From contig CAYLJX010000005.1 of assembly GCA_964384235.1 (NCBI GenBank), positions 5,289-69,288 of the forward strand: a DNA stretch of 64,000 bases, read 5' to 3'. The position numbers and the translations under genes are program-made. Positions 38,019-47,823 of the stretch are shown one piece after another (the stretch's first letter is position 1; each line of letters begins with the position of its first letter). The DNA comes from an uncultured Bdellovibrionales bacterium. Its GTDB lineage: Bacteria > Patescibacteriota > Minisyncoccia > Moranbacterales > UBA1568. Below the pieces are notes generated by a model. That model was not told the DNA's origin, made no database searches, and saw only the letters and a program-made list of their open reading frames with translations.

Positions 38019-39119
38019 ATGTCGAATAGCAAAAAAATCATCGTCGTGGTGGTCGCGATCGCCATCGTCGGTATCGGGTATTTCGTCTTCGGCAAGAAAG
38101 ACGCCCGGAAGCCGATCGAGCTTAACAACAAGGGGCAGTCGGTGCAGCAGGAATCCGGTCCTATCAATACCGGTCCCGTGAGTCCGATCTCGGGGCTTCC
38201 CTGTGACAACTGGAACCGCCGGCCTATCGCCGTGATGCAGCCCTCCGATGTTCCGGCCCGTCCGGCAGCCGGATTCGCCGCGGCGGACATGGTCGTCGAG
38301 ATGCCGGTCATCACCGCTTCGGTCACGCGACTCATGGGTGTGTATGTCTGCAATGATCCTGAGGACGTCGGTTCGATGCGTAGTTCCCGCCATGACTTCA
38401 TCCACCTGGCCAAGGGCCTCGACGCCATCTATGTCTCCTGGGGCGGTTCGCACTTCGCCAAGGAGAAACTCAACGAGGGCGTGATCGACAACCTCAACTG
38501 CAACAACGACGGCGGCAAGTCGGCCGGCCAGTACTGCTACCGCAAGGAAGTCGGCAAGGACGGCATCGTGCGCGGTGTCGATACCGGCTATGCCAAGTTC
38601 GCCAAACTCTTGGAGGCTGCCAAGGACAACGGGTACCGCTTGGAGGGAAAGTTCAGCGGGTACAAGCACACGGCTGAGACTCCCACGGAAGAACGCCCCA
38701 AGGGTGGACACCTCCGCGTCGCTTTTGCCGGGCCGTTCGCGGCGGAATATGACTACAACCCTGAGAACAATACGTTCCTGCGCACCTGGGGCGATGTGCC
38801 CGATGTCGATCGCAACACCAAGGAGCGTGTCGCACCAAAGAACGTGATCGTCCTCATGGCACAATCGGAGCAGATCGAGGGCCAGTACAACAACGTGCAG
38901 CTCGGTGACCCGTGGTTCGACTCGAGCGACTCCGGCGACGCCACCTACTACATGAACGGCAAACAGTACCGCGGTACCTGGAAGAAGGACAAGTCGAGCA
39001 TCGACAGCAAACTGCAGTTCCTCGACGAATCCGGCAACGAGATGGCCTTCGTCCCGGGGCAGATGTGGGTCGAGGTCCTCGAACCCGGCCAGGGTCACAA
39101 GTGGGTTCCGACGGAATAG
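38019..39119 (+). CDS. DUF3048 (YerB-like) membrane-anchored protein
   Basis: N-terminal TM, SPISG, RPIAVM, ADMVVE, TRLM, GSMRSSR, PGQMWVEV. Confidence 0.85.
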   Translation: MSNSKKIIVVVVAIAIVGIGYFVFGKKDARKPIELNNKGQSVQQESGPINTGPVSPISGLPCDNWNRRPIAVMQPSDVPARPAAGFAAADMVVEMPVITASVTRLMGVYVCNDPEDVGSMRSSRHDFIHLAKGLDAIYVSWGGSHFAKEKLNEGVIDNLNCNNDGGKSAGQYCYRKEVGKDGIVRGVDTGYAKFAKLLEAAKDNGYRLEGKFSGYKHTAETPTEERPKGGHLRVAFAGPFAAEYDYNPENNTFLRTWGDVPDVDRNTKERVAPKNVIVLMAQSEQIEGQYNNVQLGDPWFDSSDSGDATYYMNGKQYRGTWKKDKSSIDSKLQFLDESGNEMAFVPGQMWVEVLEPGQGHKWVPTE

Positions 39120-39216
39120 AGTCAGGAATCAAGAATTGAGAATCAAGAAAAAAGAGAGGCGAAACCTCTCTTTTTCCTTATAATCCCTATTCTCTATTCA
39201 TGATTCTCTATTCTTC
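39115..39216. repeat. Heptamer-periodic hairpin enclosing a terminator
   Basis: GAATCAA/GAATTGA units, inner AAAAAGAGAGG-CGAAA-CCTCTCTTTTT, complementary CTATTCT/TGATTCT units. Confidence 0.7.
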
Positions 39217-39274
39217 TTTGAAGTTTCATCCCTCTCTCTGAATCCGCTATACTGGAGAAGTATCACTGAATCAT

Positions 39275-40240
39275 ATGATTTTACTCCTTCATGGTGAAGA
39301 CGGTTTCCGGGTCAATCGCAGGCGGTTGGCGTTGCAGCAGGCGTTTGCCAAAAAGTACCCTGGTGCTGATATCTTTACCTTTGATTTTGAAGACCGGCGG
39401 TCGCTTGCCGATGTGCGCGAGGCTGTGTCGCTCTGCGAGGGAGGGTTGTTCGCGAGCGAAAAGCTCGTCGTCATGTTGCATCTCATGTCGCTGGAAGGGG
39501 AGAGCGAGAAGTTTCTCATAGAGTTTCTCAAGGCGTTCAAGAAAGATACGGTCAGCAAAACGACGCTCCTCTTCGTCGAACCAGGGAAGATCAAGAAGAC
39601 GCAGCCGATAGCGAAGTGTCTCCTCAAGGAGGCGGACAAAGTGGAAACATTCGAAAAGATGTCCGAGGCGGAAGCGGCGGCCTATATCAAAAAAGAACTG
39701 AAAAGTATCGATGACGCGATGAGCTTTTCCCGGGACGGTCTTCAAACGTTTCTCTCAGTGACTGGCGGTTCAAGCGCGCGGATGCGAAGCGAGCTCGAGA
39801 AGCTCTCGAATTTCAAGCCGGGAGAGATGATCGAGAAAGAAGACGTGCTCATGTTGTCACGGATGCCGTCGGAGAGCGCGATCTTCGAGGCGCTCGACAG
39901 TCTCGGCCGCGGTGAAAAGGAAAAAGCACTCACGCTCCTCTCCCGCGAGGCGGACAAGCCGGAAGGGGTGTTTCCGGTCCTCGGGATGTGCGCGTGGCAG
40001 GTGCGAAGGATGCTTCTCGTCCGTGATGCCTTCGACGGCGGGGTACGGCGGCCGGGTGATATCGCGAGCGCGACCAAGCTCGCGCCCTTCGTTGTGCAGA
40101 AGACGCTTGGCTCGATCGAATATTTCCCCCTCACTCGTATCAAAGCCGGCCTTTCGCTTCTCTCCGAGTTCGATACCAAGATGAAGACCGGCGGCATGAC
40201 TCCCCAGGCGGCGTTGGATCTCTTTGTGTGGAAATTCTAG
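39275..40240 (+). CDS. holA: DNA polymerase III delta subunit
   Basis: LLHGED, GLFASEKLVV, SELEKL, IFEALD, DTKMKTG; next to rpsT. Confidence 0.9.
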   Translation: MILLLHGEDGFRVNRRRLALQQAFAKKYPGADIFTFDFEDRRSLADVREAVSLCEGGLFASEKLVVMLHLMSLEGESEKFLIEFLKAFKKDTVSKTTLLFVEPGKIKKTQPIAKCLLKEADKVETFEKMSEAEAAAYIKKELKSIDDAMSFSRDGLQTFLSVTGGSSARMRSELEKLSNFKPGEMIEKEDVLMLSRMPSESAIFEALDSLGRGEKEKALTLLSREADKPEGVFPVLGMCAWQVRRMLLVRDAFDGGVRRPGDIASATKLAPFVVQKTLGSIEYFPLTRIKAGLSLLSEFDTKMKTGGMTPQAALDLFVWKF

Positions 40241-40242
40241 AG

Positions 40243-40358
40243 AGATGTATCATGTATAAAGTATTACGTATCCTGTATGAGGGGAATACGGTATTAAAAA
40301 CATAAAACCGCCGAGAGGCGGTTTTATACATCATACAAGATACAAAATACACGATACT
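40243..40358. repeat. Heptamer-periodic hairpin enclosing a bidirectional terminator
   Basis: nnnGTAT x5 versus ATACnnn x5 around TAAAACCGCC-GAGA-GGCGGTTTTA. Confidence 0.75.
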
Positions 40359-40626
40359 ACTTCGTTGCCGCCTTCTTCACCAGCGCATTGAGGCGGGATT
40401 TCTTGCGGGCGGCAGTGTTCTTCTTGACGATACCCTTGGCCGCGGCCTTGTCGAGGGCCTTGATGGCGACCTTGAGGGTCTTCTGAGCATCATCGACTTT
40501 TCCGGCCGAGACGGCTTCGCGGGTCTTCTTGATGGCGCTCTTTACGACACCTTTGACGATCTTGTTGCGCGCGGTCTTCTTGTCGGTGACGCGCATGTAC
40601 TTCTTGGCGGCTTTCTTGATGGGCAT
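40357..40626 (-). CDS. rpsT: 30S ribosomal protein S20
   Basis: MPIKKAAKK, DKAAAKGIVKKNTAARKKSRL. Confidence 0.97.
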   Translation of the reverse strand: MPIKKAAKKYMRVTDKKTARNKIVKGVVKSAIKKTREAVSAGKVDDAQKTLKVAIKALDKAAAKGIVKKNTAARKKSRLNALVKKAATK

Positions 40627-40739
40627 AACGTTACAAAGTCAAAAATCAAAAGTTAAAAGTTTCGGAGCTGAGACATAACCATTTGTAGCATGGGAGCGCG
40701 CTTTTGGCAAGGGAAAGGGAAAAGTGCTAGTCTAGGAGT

Positions 40740-41312
40740 ATGATCGCACAATTGCAAGGAAAAATAGCGGGAATAAACGGAAACTCCATCATCCTCATGG
40801 TCGGGGGCGTGGGATACAAGGTGTTCGTCTCCCCGTATACCCTGGGCAAACTCGTTGGAAGAGTGGACGACGTGCTCCTCCATATCTACACTCAGGTACG
40901 CGAAGACATCCTCGCGCTCTATGGTTTTCTCGACGAGGAAGAGCTCAACATGTTCGAGCTTCTCATCTCCGTGTCCGGTATCGGACCCAAGGTCGGTCTC
41001 TCGATCCTTTCCATCGCGAACGTCAATACTATCAAGACTGCCATCGTCAACAAAGACCCCTCGATCCTCACGCGCGTCTCGGGAGTCGGCAAAAAGACCG
41101 CCGAGCGCGTCATCGTGGAACTTCAGAACAAAGTGGATGCCTTGGGTGTAGAAGATCAGGCCGGGGCGCTCGTCGGACAGGAAGCCCTCGAGGCGCTTAC
41201 GGCCCTCGGCTATTCCGTGACGGAAGCCCGTGAGGCGCTCAAGCTCGTGCCGGTGGAAGTCTCCGACGTCGGTGCGCGCGTCCGCCAGGCACTGAAGAAC
41301 CTGGGAAGGTAG
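40740..41312 (+). CDS. ruvA: Holliday junction branch migration protein RuvA
   Basis: MIAQLQG, GGVGY, VRED..LYGF, VSGIGPK, GVGKKTAERV, ALTALGY. Confidence 0.97.
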   Translation: MIAQLQGKIAGINGNSIILMVGGVGYKVFVSPYTLGKLVGRVDDVLLHIYTQVREDILALYGFLDEEELNMFELLISVSGIGPKVGLSILSIANVNTIKTAIVNKDPSILTRVSGVGKKTAERVIVELQNKVDALGVEDQAGALVGQEALEALTALGYSVTEAREALKLVPVEVSDVGARVRQALKNLGR

Positions 41313-41447
41313 ATTCCAAATCCCAAGTACCAAAATACAAACAAACCACGAATATCAATGACCAAAATCACAAAACGGTTTTTTAGGACATTGGAGTTTT
41401 GGTGATTGGAATTTTTTTGGAAATTGGGATTTGGTGCTTGGTACTTG
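41312..41447. repeat. Heptamer-periodic inverted-repeat tract
   Basis: CCAAATC/CCAAGTA units versus GATTTGG/TGCTTGG units. Confidence 0.7.
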
Positions 41448-41462
41448 TGTAACGACACTACT

Positions 41463-42470
41463 ATGGAAAACGAACTCACATTTTTGCAGAAACATTCGCC
41501 GGACGGAGGATTCCTCCAGTCGGAGCATTGGCGGAGGTTTCAGGAGGCAGCCGGGCATAGGGTGGTGCACGTCGAGGGGGCCGGCTTCCTCGCGAGCGGC
41601 ATCGTGCACGAGCTGCCGGTCGTCGGGGAGTACGTGTATTTTCCGCGCGGGCCGGTAGTGGATATGGGGCATACCGACCTCTCCGTCGTGGTCAAGGAGA
41701 TGGCACGTGCGTCCAAAAAAATCGGTGCCAAGTGGCTGCGAGTAGAGGTGGCCGATGAACGGATCGTCGAGAAGCTTCGGACGTTCTTCTACGAGCGGGT
41801 GGTGCGGGCGCCGCACGACGTGCAGCCGCGGGAAATCCTCGTCGCGGATCTCACCTCTACGGAAGAGGAATTGCTCACCAAGATGAAACAGAAGACGCGC
41901 TACAATATCCGTCTTGCGGAAAAGAAGGGTGTCAGAGTCTTTGAGACGCGCGAGAAGAAGTACCAGGAGGCATTTCTGAAACTCATCGAGGCGACAGCCG
42001 GGCGCAAGGAGATCGTGGCACATCCGCTCTCGTACTATCGGAAATTCTTCGAAGCGTTTCCGGCGGATGTCTGCAAGCTCTTTGTTGCGGAGTATGAGGG
42101 GACCGTGCTCGCGGCGAACATCGTGGCGCAGTACGGCAACTTCGCCTACTATCTCCACGGAGGATCGAGCAGCAAGCACCGCGATCTCATGGCGCCGTAC
42201 CTCCTCCAGTGGCACCAGATGCAGGAGATGAAAAAACGCGGCTGCCGTTTCTACGATTTCGGCGGCGTACGCGTCGCCACCAAGGGCGAGGGGAACGGTT
42301 CCTGGGATGGCATCACGCGCTTCAAGCAGGGCTTCGCTCCTGAGGCGACGCCTCTCCTTCTTCCGGGGGCCTATGACATCATCCTCGACGAAAAGCATTA
42401 TTCGCTCTACAATTATCTGCGCCATATGAAGCAGAGCTACGTGTATCTCAAGAAATTCTTCGGCCGGTAA
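41463..42470 (+). CDS. FemAB/FemX family aminoacyl-tRNA peptidoglycan bridge transferase
   Basis: FLQSEHW, PRGPV, KTRYNIRLAEKKG, YLHGGS, APYLLQW, YDFGG, RFKQGF. Confidence 0.93.
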   Translation: MENELTFLQKHSPDGGFLQSEHWRRFQEAAGHRVVHVEGAGFLASGIVHELPVVGEYVYFPRGPVVDMGHTDLSVVVKEMARASKKIGAKWLRVEVADERIVEKLRTFFYERVVRAPHDVQPREILVADLTSTEEELLTKMKQKTRYNIRLAEKKGVRVFETREKKYQEAFLKLIEATAGRKEIVAHPLSYYRKFFEAFPADVCKLFVAEYEGTVLAANIVAQYGNFAYYLHGGSSSKHRDLMAPYLLQWHQMQEMKKRGCRFYDFGGVRVATKGEGNGSWDGITRFKQGFAPEATPLLLPGAYDIILDEKHYSLYNYLRHMKQSYVYLKKFFGR

Positions 42471-43732
42471 TGTCAAACTTTTTCCACACATTGAAAAACC
42501 TTGTCCCGCAGGGGATGAAGAACCGGTATCACTTGGCGCAGGCGGTCATCGCGTGCGTCGTTTTCGGTTTTCCGGCGAGGCGGTTGACTGTCATCGGTGT
42601 GACAGGGACGAACGGCAAGACGACGACGACGCAGCTCATCGCACGCATCCTGGAGAAATCAGGAAAGCGGGTAGCGCTCGCCTCGACGATCAACTTTCAG
42701 ATCGGTGAGAAGCAATGGACGAACGCGTCGAAGTTCACGACACTCTCTTCGTGGCGGATCCAGAAATTCCTGCGCGAGGCGGCCGAGGCCGGATGCGAGT
42801 ACGCCGTCATCGAGACGTCGTCGCATGCCCTCGATCAGAACCGCGTGTGGGGTATTCCCTACCGCATCGCCGTCCTCACCAACGTGACGCGCGAACATCT
42901 CGATTATCATAAGACGATGGACGAGTACCGCAAGGCCAAGTGCAAACTCTTTGAGATTGCCAAAGAGGGTGTGGTCAATCTCGATATGGAAAATCCGGAA
43001 TATTTCTGCAATCTCTCTGGAAAATCATTCCTCACCTATAGCACCAAGGACGCGCAGGCACATCTCTTCGCAAAGGATATCGAACTCGACTTCAAGGGAA
43101 CGGAATTCACCGTGGACGAGATGCGTTTCCGGTTGTCGCTCCCGGGCCTCTTCAACATCGAGAACGCGCTCGCGGCCCTTGGTGTGGCACGGCTTCTCAA
43201 GATTGATTTCGAGATTGCCAAAGTCGCGCTTGAGAGCGTGACGGGTGTGTCAGGACGGATGGAACTCGTACCCAACGACATCGGTGCGGATATTCTCATC
43301 GACTATGCCGTGACGCCCGACGCCTTTGAGAAGCTCTACGCGTCGATCCTACCTCTCAAGATTCCCGGGACCAAGATCATCCATGTTTTCGGCGCATGCG
43401 GGGAGCGTGATCGGGGCAAGCGCCCGATGCTCGGAGAGATCGCTTCCGGTTACGCCGATGTCATCATCCTTACCAACGAGGATCCGTACTACGAGGACCC
43501 GGAGCGTATCATCGATGAGATAGAAAATGGCGTAACAAAAAAGAAAAATAATTTCTACCGTATTTTCGACCGCCGCGAAGCCATCCGTCAGGCGCTCTCT
43601 CTCGCGGAGCTCGGCGACATCGTCCTCATCACCGGCAAGGGCGCGGAGGAAACGATAGCGATAGGCGACAAGCGTCTTCCCTGGAACGAACGACAGGTGA
43701 TAGAGGAGGAACTTCGCGCCTTGAAGGGATGA
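42470..43732 (+). CDS. murE: UDP-MurNAc-tripeptide synthetase MurE
   Basis: GVTGTNGKTTT, ETSSHAL, TNVTREHLDYH, GRME, FGACGERD, TNEDP, GKGAE. Confidence 0.93.
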   Translation: MSNFFHTLKNLVPQGMKNRYHLAQAVIACVVFGFPARRLTVIGVTGTNGKTTTTQLIARILEKSGKRVALASTINFQIGEKQWTNASKFTTLSSWRIQKFLREAAEAGCEYAVIETSSHALDQNRVWGIPYRIAVLTNVTREHLDYHKTMDEYRKAKCKLFEIAKEGVVNLDMENPEYFCNLSGKSFLTYSTKDAQAHLFAKDIELDFKGTEFTVDEMRFRLSLPGLFNIENALAALGVARLLKIDFEIAKVALESVTGVSGRMELVPNDIGADILIDYAVTPDAFEKLYASILPLKIPGTKIIHVFGACGERDRGKRPMLGEIASGYADVIILTNEDPYYEDPERIIDEIENGVTKKKNNFYRIFDRREAIRQALSLAELGDIVLITGKGAEETIAIGDKRLPWNERQVIEEELRALKG

Positions 43733-43802
43733 TTCTATATATAAAAGAAAGAGCGGCCGCCTCGATGGGTCAGCCGCCCGGCTTTTTCTGCGCAAGTCCC
43801 GT

Positions 43803-44225
43803 TCAAACGGCAGGGCGAAGTCCTGCATGTTTTAGTGTCGAGTGTCTTTGAAGGACTCCTCGGAGGAGATCGGCCACGTCTTGATCTATGCCTTGATCGG
43901 TCATCGTTTCGATAAACCGTTCAGAGCAAAGCGCGATGAGATGCTGATCGAGAAAGTCGCTGATGAAGCTTAGCACGGAGGCGCGATCTTTTGTGGCTTG
44001 CAGAGTGCGGTACAGAGGAATGACTTGAGAGGAAAACTCCTCGACTTCCACGAAAGCGATGATTTCGTGGGCGGGGCAGGGAAAACCGCGTGGGTTGGCG
44101 AAGTAGTTCTCGTTGGCGCGGACCACGCAGTGGAAGTAGCCGAGATCGTCTCTCTCCAGCCTTTTTCCTAGGCAAAGGAATACCCGGATTTCGGAAACAT
44201 CTTGACTGCCGACCTGGTCTGGCAT
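43803..44225 (-). CDS. Hypothetical protein (standalone ORFan cassette)
   Basis: 140-aa ORF with AAGGAG SD and TTGACA-17-TAAAGT promoter upstream; no family recognised. Confidence 0.6.
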   Translation of the reverse strand: MPDQVGSQDVSEIRVFLCLGKRLERDDLGYFHCVVRANENYFANPRGFPCPAHEIIAFVEVEEFSSQVIPLYRTLQATKDRASVLSFISDFLDQHLIALCSERFIETMTDQGIDQDVADLLRGVLQRHSTLKHAGLRPAV

Positions 44226-44347
44226 GGTTCTCTCCTTAGCGCGTGGTGGGTGGAAGGTACTGCGAAATATTTCCCACTTTAGGGAAAAGAAAGACGGTTG
44301 TCAACAGACAACCGCCTCGGATACCAAGAAGGATTTTGAGAGAAACC

Positions 44348-44788
44348 CTACAGGGCGAGGGCGATGAAGACGATAGTCAGGACGAAGCCGACGACTCCGC
44401 CGACGATGACCTCGCTCACGCGGTGCCCCACGCGTTCCTTGAGACGGGGAAACCGCTCCTTGTCGATGTGGAGCTGCTCGACGAGCATGTTGAGGTAGCG
44501 TCCCTGATCGCCCAGGTGCATCCGGAGACGGGCAGCGTCGTCGATGACGATGAAGGCGAGCACTGCTGACAGGGCGAAGGCGCCGGTGTGCACGCCCTCA
44601 TAGTAGCCGACGGTCGTGAGGAGCGAGACGACGAGGGCGGTATGGGCGCTCGGCATGTGCCCATGAGTGAAGACGTATTCGAAATTCCAACCGTGTCTGA
44701 TGGAATAGACGACAAACTTGATGAGTTGTGTGAGGATGCCGACCGTGATCGGAATGAGGAAAACGGCGTAGTCGTTGAGCCAGGACAT
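44348..44788 (-). CDS. Divergent PAP2 (DUF212) family protein
   Basis: GHMPSAHTA, DAARLR, RLKERVGH. Confidence 0.9.
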   Translation of the reverse strand: MSWLNDYAVFLIPITVGILTQLIKFVVYSIRHGWNFEYVFTHGHMPSAHTALVVSLLTTVGYYEGVHTGAFALSAVLAFIVIDDAARLRMHLGDQGRYLNMLVEQLHIDKERFPRLKERVGHRVSEVIVGGVVGFVLTIVFIALAL

Positions 44789-44908
44789 AGTGGTTGTGCT
44801 AGGTTTAATGGCTCCAGTATATCATGTCCCGCCACGTTCCGGCAGTTGCATTTTCCTCTTGTTTTGCTACTCTGAAGGCAAGGGGGGTCTACCATTAAAC
44901 TGAAAATT

Positions 44909-45463
44909 ATGAGTGTCTCATTGGTCATCCTGTTAGTCGCGGTATTTTTCGTCCTCTACGCGGTAGCCGTGTATAACGGCCTGGTCCGCCTCAAGATGCG
45001 CACGGAGGAGGCCTGGAGTGACATCGACGTCCAGCTCAAGCGCCGCTACGACCTCATCCCGAACCTCGTGAACACCGTCAAGGGCTACGCGACCCACGAG
45101 CGCGAGGTACTCGAAAAGGTGACCGAAGCGAGGACACGCGCCATGCAGGCCGGGAACGCCCACGACAAGGCCGAAGCGGAAAACATACTTACCGGCACGC
45201 TCAAGAGTCTCTTCGCTGTCGCGGAAAACTACCCCGATCTCAAGGCCAACCAGAACTTCCTCGAACTCCAGCGCGAGCTCTCCGACACCGAGAACAAGAT
45301 CCAGGCCGCGCGCCGCTTCTACAACGGCAACGTGATGGAGCTCAATACCAAGGTGGATTCGTTCCCGTCCAACATCGTCGCCGGGATGTTCAACTTCGGG
45401 AAGCGCGAATTCTTCGAACTCGAGGAGGAAGCCGCCAAAGAACCGGTCAAGGTCCAGTTTTAG
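44909..45463 (+). CDS. lemA: LemA family protein
   Basis: [44 protein letters not shown]. Confidence 0.97.
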   Translation: MSVSLVILLVAVFFVLYAVAVYNGLVRLKMRTEEAWSDIDVQLKRRYDLIPNLVNTVKGYATHEREVLEKVTEARTRAMQAGNAHDKAEAENILTGTLKSLFAVAENYPDLKANQNFLELQRELSDTENKIQAARRFYNGNVMELNTKVDSFPSNIVAGMFNFGKREFFELEEEAAKEPVKVQF

Positions 45464-45562
45464 AATCAAGAATCAGGAATCAGGAATCAGGAATGGAAAG
45501 AGAACTCTTTCCATTTTTGTACTAAAGCATTCATAATTCTTGATTCATAATTCTCAATTCTT
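45462..45562. repeat. Heptamer-periodic hairpin
   Basis: GAATCAG/GAATCAA x4-5 versus ATTCATA/ATTCTTG units. Confidence 0.75.
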
Positions 45563-45571
45563 CCTCATCCT

Positions 45572-46477
45572 ATGGCTACGCTCTACAACCAATACGACAA
45601 GAACAGCCGGCTCACCTGGGTCTACCTCACTTTGTTCCTGGTCCTGGTCATCGGGGTGGGGTATATCTTCGCCGGGGCCTTCGGCGACAGTTCCATCCTC
45701 TATATCGCCGTCATCGTCTCGATCCTCATGAGTTTCGCCTCCTACTGGTGGAGCGACAAGATCGTCCTCTCCATGAGCGGCGCGCACGAGGTCGATCCCA
45801 AGGATCCGAACGGTCTCGAGCTCTACCGTCTCGTGGAGAACCTCGCCATCACGGCAGGACTCCCGACGCCCAAGGTATACATCATCGAAGACACGGCCAT
45901 GAACGCTTTCGCCACTGGTCGCAATCCCGAGCACGGTGTCATCTGCTTCACGACCGGCATCATCAACCGTTTGGAACGGAACGAACTGGAAGGTGTGGCG
46001 GCGCACGAGCTCTCGCACATCGGCAATCGTGATACGCTCGTATCGACAGTCGTCGTCATCCTGGTCGGCATCGTGGCGCTCCTCGCGGACTGGTTCCGTC
46101 ACATGGCATTCTGGGGAGCGGGGAACCGCGACAACGACAACCGTAGCGGGCAGGCACAAGTGATCTTCTTTGTCATCGGGATCGTGCTCTCTATCCTGGC
46201 GCCGATCGCCGCGACCTTGATCCAGCTCGCGATTTCGAGGAAGCGCGAGTTTTTGGCGGATGCCTCCGGCGCGCTTCTCACGCGCTACCCCGAGGGTTTG
46301 GCTTCGGCCCTCCAAAAGATTTCCGGTGACACGGAACCCCTGGAGGCGGCCAACCGCGCCACCGCCCATCTCTACATCGCCAACCCCTTCAAGGGGAAAA
46401 ATATCGCCAAGCTCTTCATGACCCACCCGCCTATGGAAGAACGCATCGCCGCGCTCCGAGGAATGGAAGTGAAATAA
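45572..46477 (+). CDS. htpX: M48 zinc metalloprotease HtpX
   Basis: NAFATGR, HELSH, SRKREFLAD, THPP; follows lemA. Confidence 0.96.
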   Translation: MATLYNQYDKNSRLTWVYLTLFLVLVIGVGYIFAGAFGDSSILYIAVIVSILMSFASYWWSDKIVLSMSGAHEVDPKDPNGLELYRLVENLAITAGLPTPKVYIIEDTAMNAFATGRNPEHGVICFTTGIINRLERNELEGVAAHELSHIGNRDTLVSTVVVILVGIVALLADWFRHMAFWGAGNRDNDNRSGQAQVIFFVIGIVLSILAPIAATLIQLAISRKREFLADASGALLTRYPEGLASALQKISGDTEPLEAANRATAHLYIANPFKGKNIAKLFMTHPPMEERIAALRGMEVK

Positions 46478-46490
46478 ACCAGGTAGGAGC

Positions 46491-46664
46491 GTCTTCCGTA
46501 ATTTCTTTTTTCTTCCCTTTCCTTCCGCCGAACATGTCCGACTCACTCTGCCGAACGGGGAGCTGTCCTGTCGAGACCATCCGTCACGCTCGACCGTTAC
46601 CGGCTCGCTCGTCGCACATGTGACCGACGTCAGCTGGCGAAGAGAAAAAGAAATTACGGAAGAC
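46491..46664. mobile_element. MITE-like element with 20-bp perfect terminal inverted repeats
   Basis: GTCTTCCGTAATTTCTTTTT ... AAAAAGAAATTACGGAAGAC around a structured non-coding interior. Confidence 0.55.
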
Positions 46665-46674
46665 TTCTTTGCTT

Positions 46675-47190
46675 ATGTCGTCTCCTTATCAGGAATTTGC
46701 ACAAAAGGCGAGAGAGCGCTTTCTGGAAAAACGGAAGAAGATGGCGGCAGGGACGGGGCAGTACCAGTTCACGATGCACGCGCAGTACAAGATGCGGCAG
46801 TACGGTCTCTCCGAACAGCGCGTGAAGAGCGTCATCAGAAGTCCTAAGCGTCGCGAGGAAGGCATCGTAAAAGATACCGTCGCCGTCATGCAACCGGTCT
46901 CCGTGAAGCGCAGCACCGACGGTAAGGAGGCATGGAAACAGGAGATATGGGTGATGTTTGTTGTAAAAGGTGCTAGGCAAGAGGCAAAAGATAATAGGCG
47001 GAAAATGGCAGAGAGCAAGAAGAGAGGCGTTGAAAAAAGTTCTATTGCCTATCCTCTCCTGCCTTCTGCCTACAAAGTAATCAGTGCCTGGCGGTACCCG
47101 GGAGTCAGCCCGAAACGCAACCCTATTCCTGAAGATATTTTGCGGGAACTGGAAGATGGGAGTATACTGGGGGAAGAGGAGGGGGTTTAA
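46675..47190 (+). CDS. Hypothetical protein, DUF4258/RelE-like motif, with an in-frame repeat segment
   Basis: FTMHAQYKMRQYGLSEQRVKSVIRSP, EIWVM, ISAWRYPG. Confidence 0.7.
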   Translation: MSSPYQEFAQKARERFLEKRKKMAAGTGQYQFTMHAQYKMRQYGLSEQRVKSVIRSPKRREEGIVKDTVAVMQPVSVKRSTDGKEAWKQEIWVMFVVKGARQEAKDNRRKMAESKKRGVEKSSIAYPLLPSAYKVISAWRYPGVSPKRNPIPEDILRELEDGSILGEEEGV

Positions 47191-47214
47191 TATTAAGAAT
47201 TAAATTCCAGTAGT

Positions 47215-47601
47215 ATGGAAGGAGAAAACATGCAGCAGGGGATGGGGGGGGAGCAGGGAGCACCGCAGCAGGCTCCGATGGGCGGACAGAGCGACGCGGA
47301 GCAGAACAAGGTCATGGCGATCGTCGGATACATCATCCCGATCCTGTTCTTCATCCCGCTTGTGACCGATGCCAAGAACAGCCCGTTTGCCAAGTTCCAT
47401 GCCAACCAGCAGCTCGTGCTCCTTTTGGCGGGTATCGCGGTGAACGTCGTCGGAACGATCATTCCGGTCCTCGGTTGGTTCATCATCCTGCCGCTCGGAA
47501 CGATCGCCCTCATCGTGTTGGCCGTCATGGGTATCATCCATGCCGCCAAGGCCGAGATGAAGCCGCTTCCACTTATCGGCAGCTTCTCGATTATCAAATA
47601 A
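47215..47601 (+). CDS. DUF4870/Tic20-like membrane protein
   Basis: NKVMAIVGY, FAKFHANQ, MGII.A..EMKPLPLIG. Confidence 0.85.
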   Translation: MEGENMQQGMGGEQGAPQQAPMGGQSDAEQNKVMAIVGYIIPILFFIPLVTDAKNSPFAKFHANQQLVLLLAGIAVNVVGTIIPVLGWFIILPLGTIALIVLAVMGIIHAAKAEMKPLPLIGSFSIIK

Positions 47602-47644
47602 CCCTGAGCTTGTCGAAGGGTCATCCCGGACTCGATCCGGGATC
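47601..47644. repeat. Palindromic element, copy 3 (half element)
   Basis: ACCCTGAGCTTGTCGAAGGGT followed by GTCATCCCGGACTCGATCCGGGATC, identical to 37941-37965. Confidence 0.75.
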
Positions 47645-47823
47645 TCGTAGAAACACCAAAAAGACCCCGATTTTTATCGGGGTTTTTGCTTTTTATAAGC
47701 CACAAATCATCTCTCTAGTCTTGACAGGACCCGTTTTTTGGAGTATACTATATGGTCAAGTAAGATCTTTGACAATTATCAATCAGGCACGACCCGTGCC
47801 GCCTTCCTCTGAGGAGAGAAATC

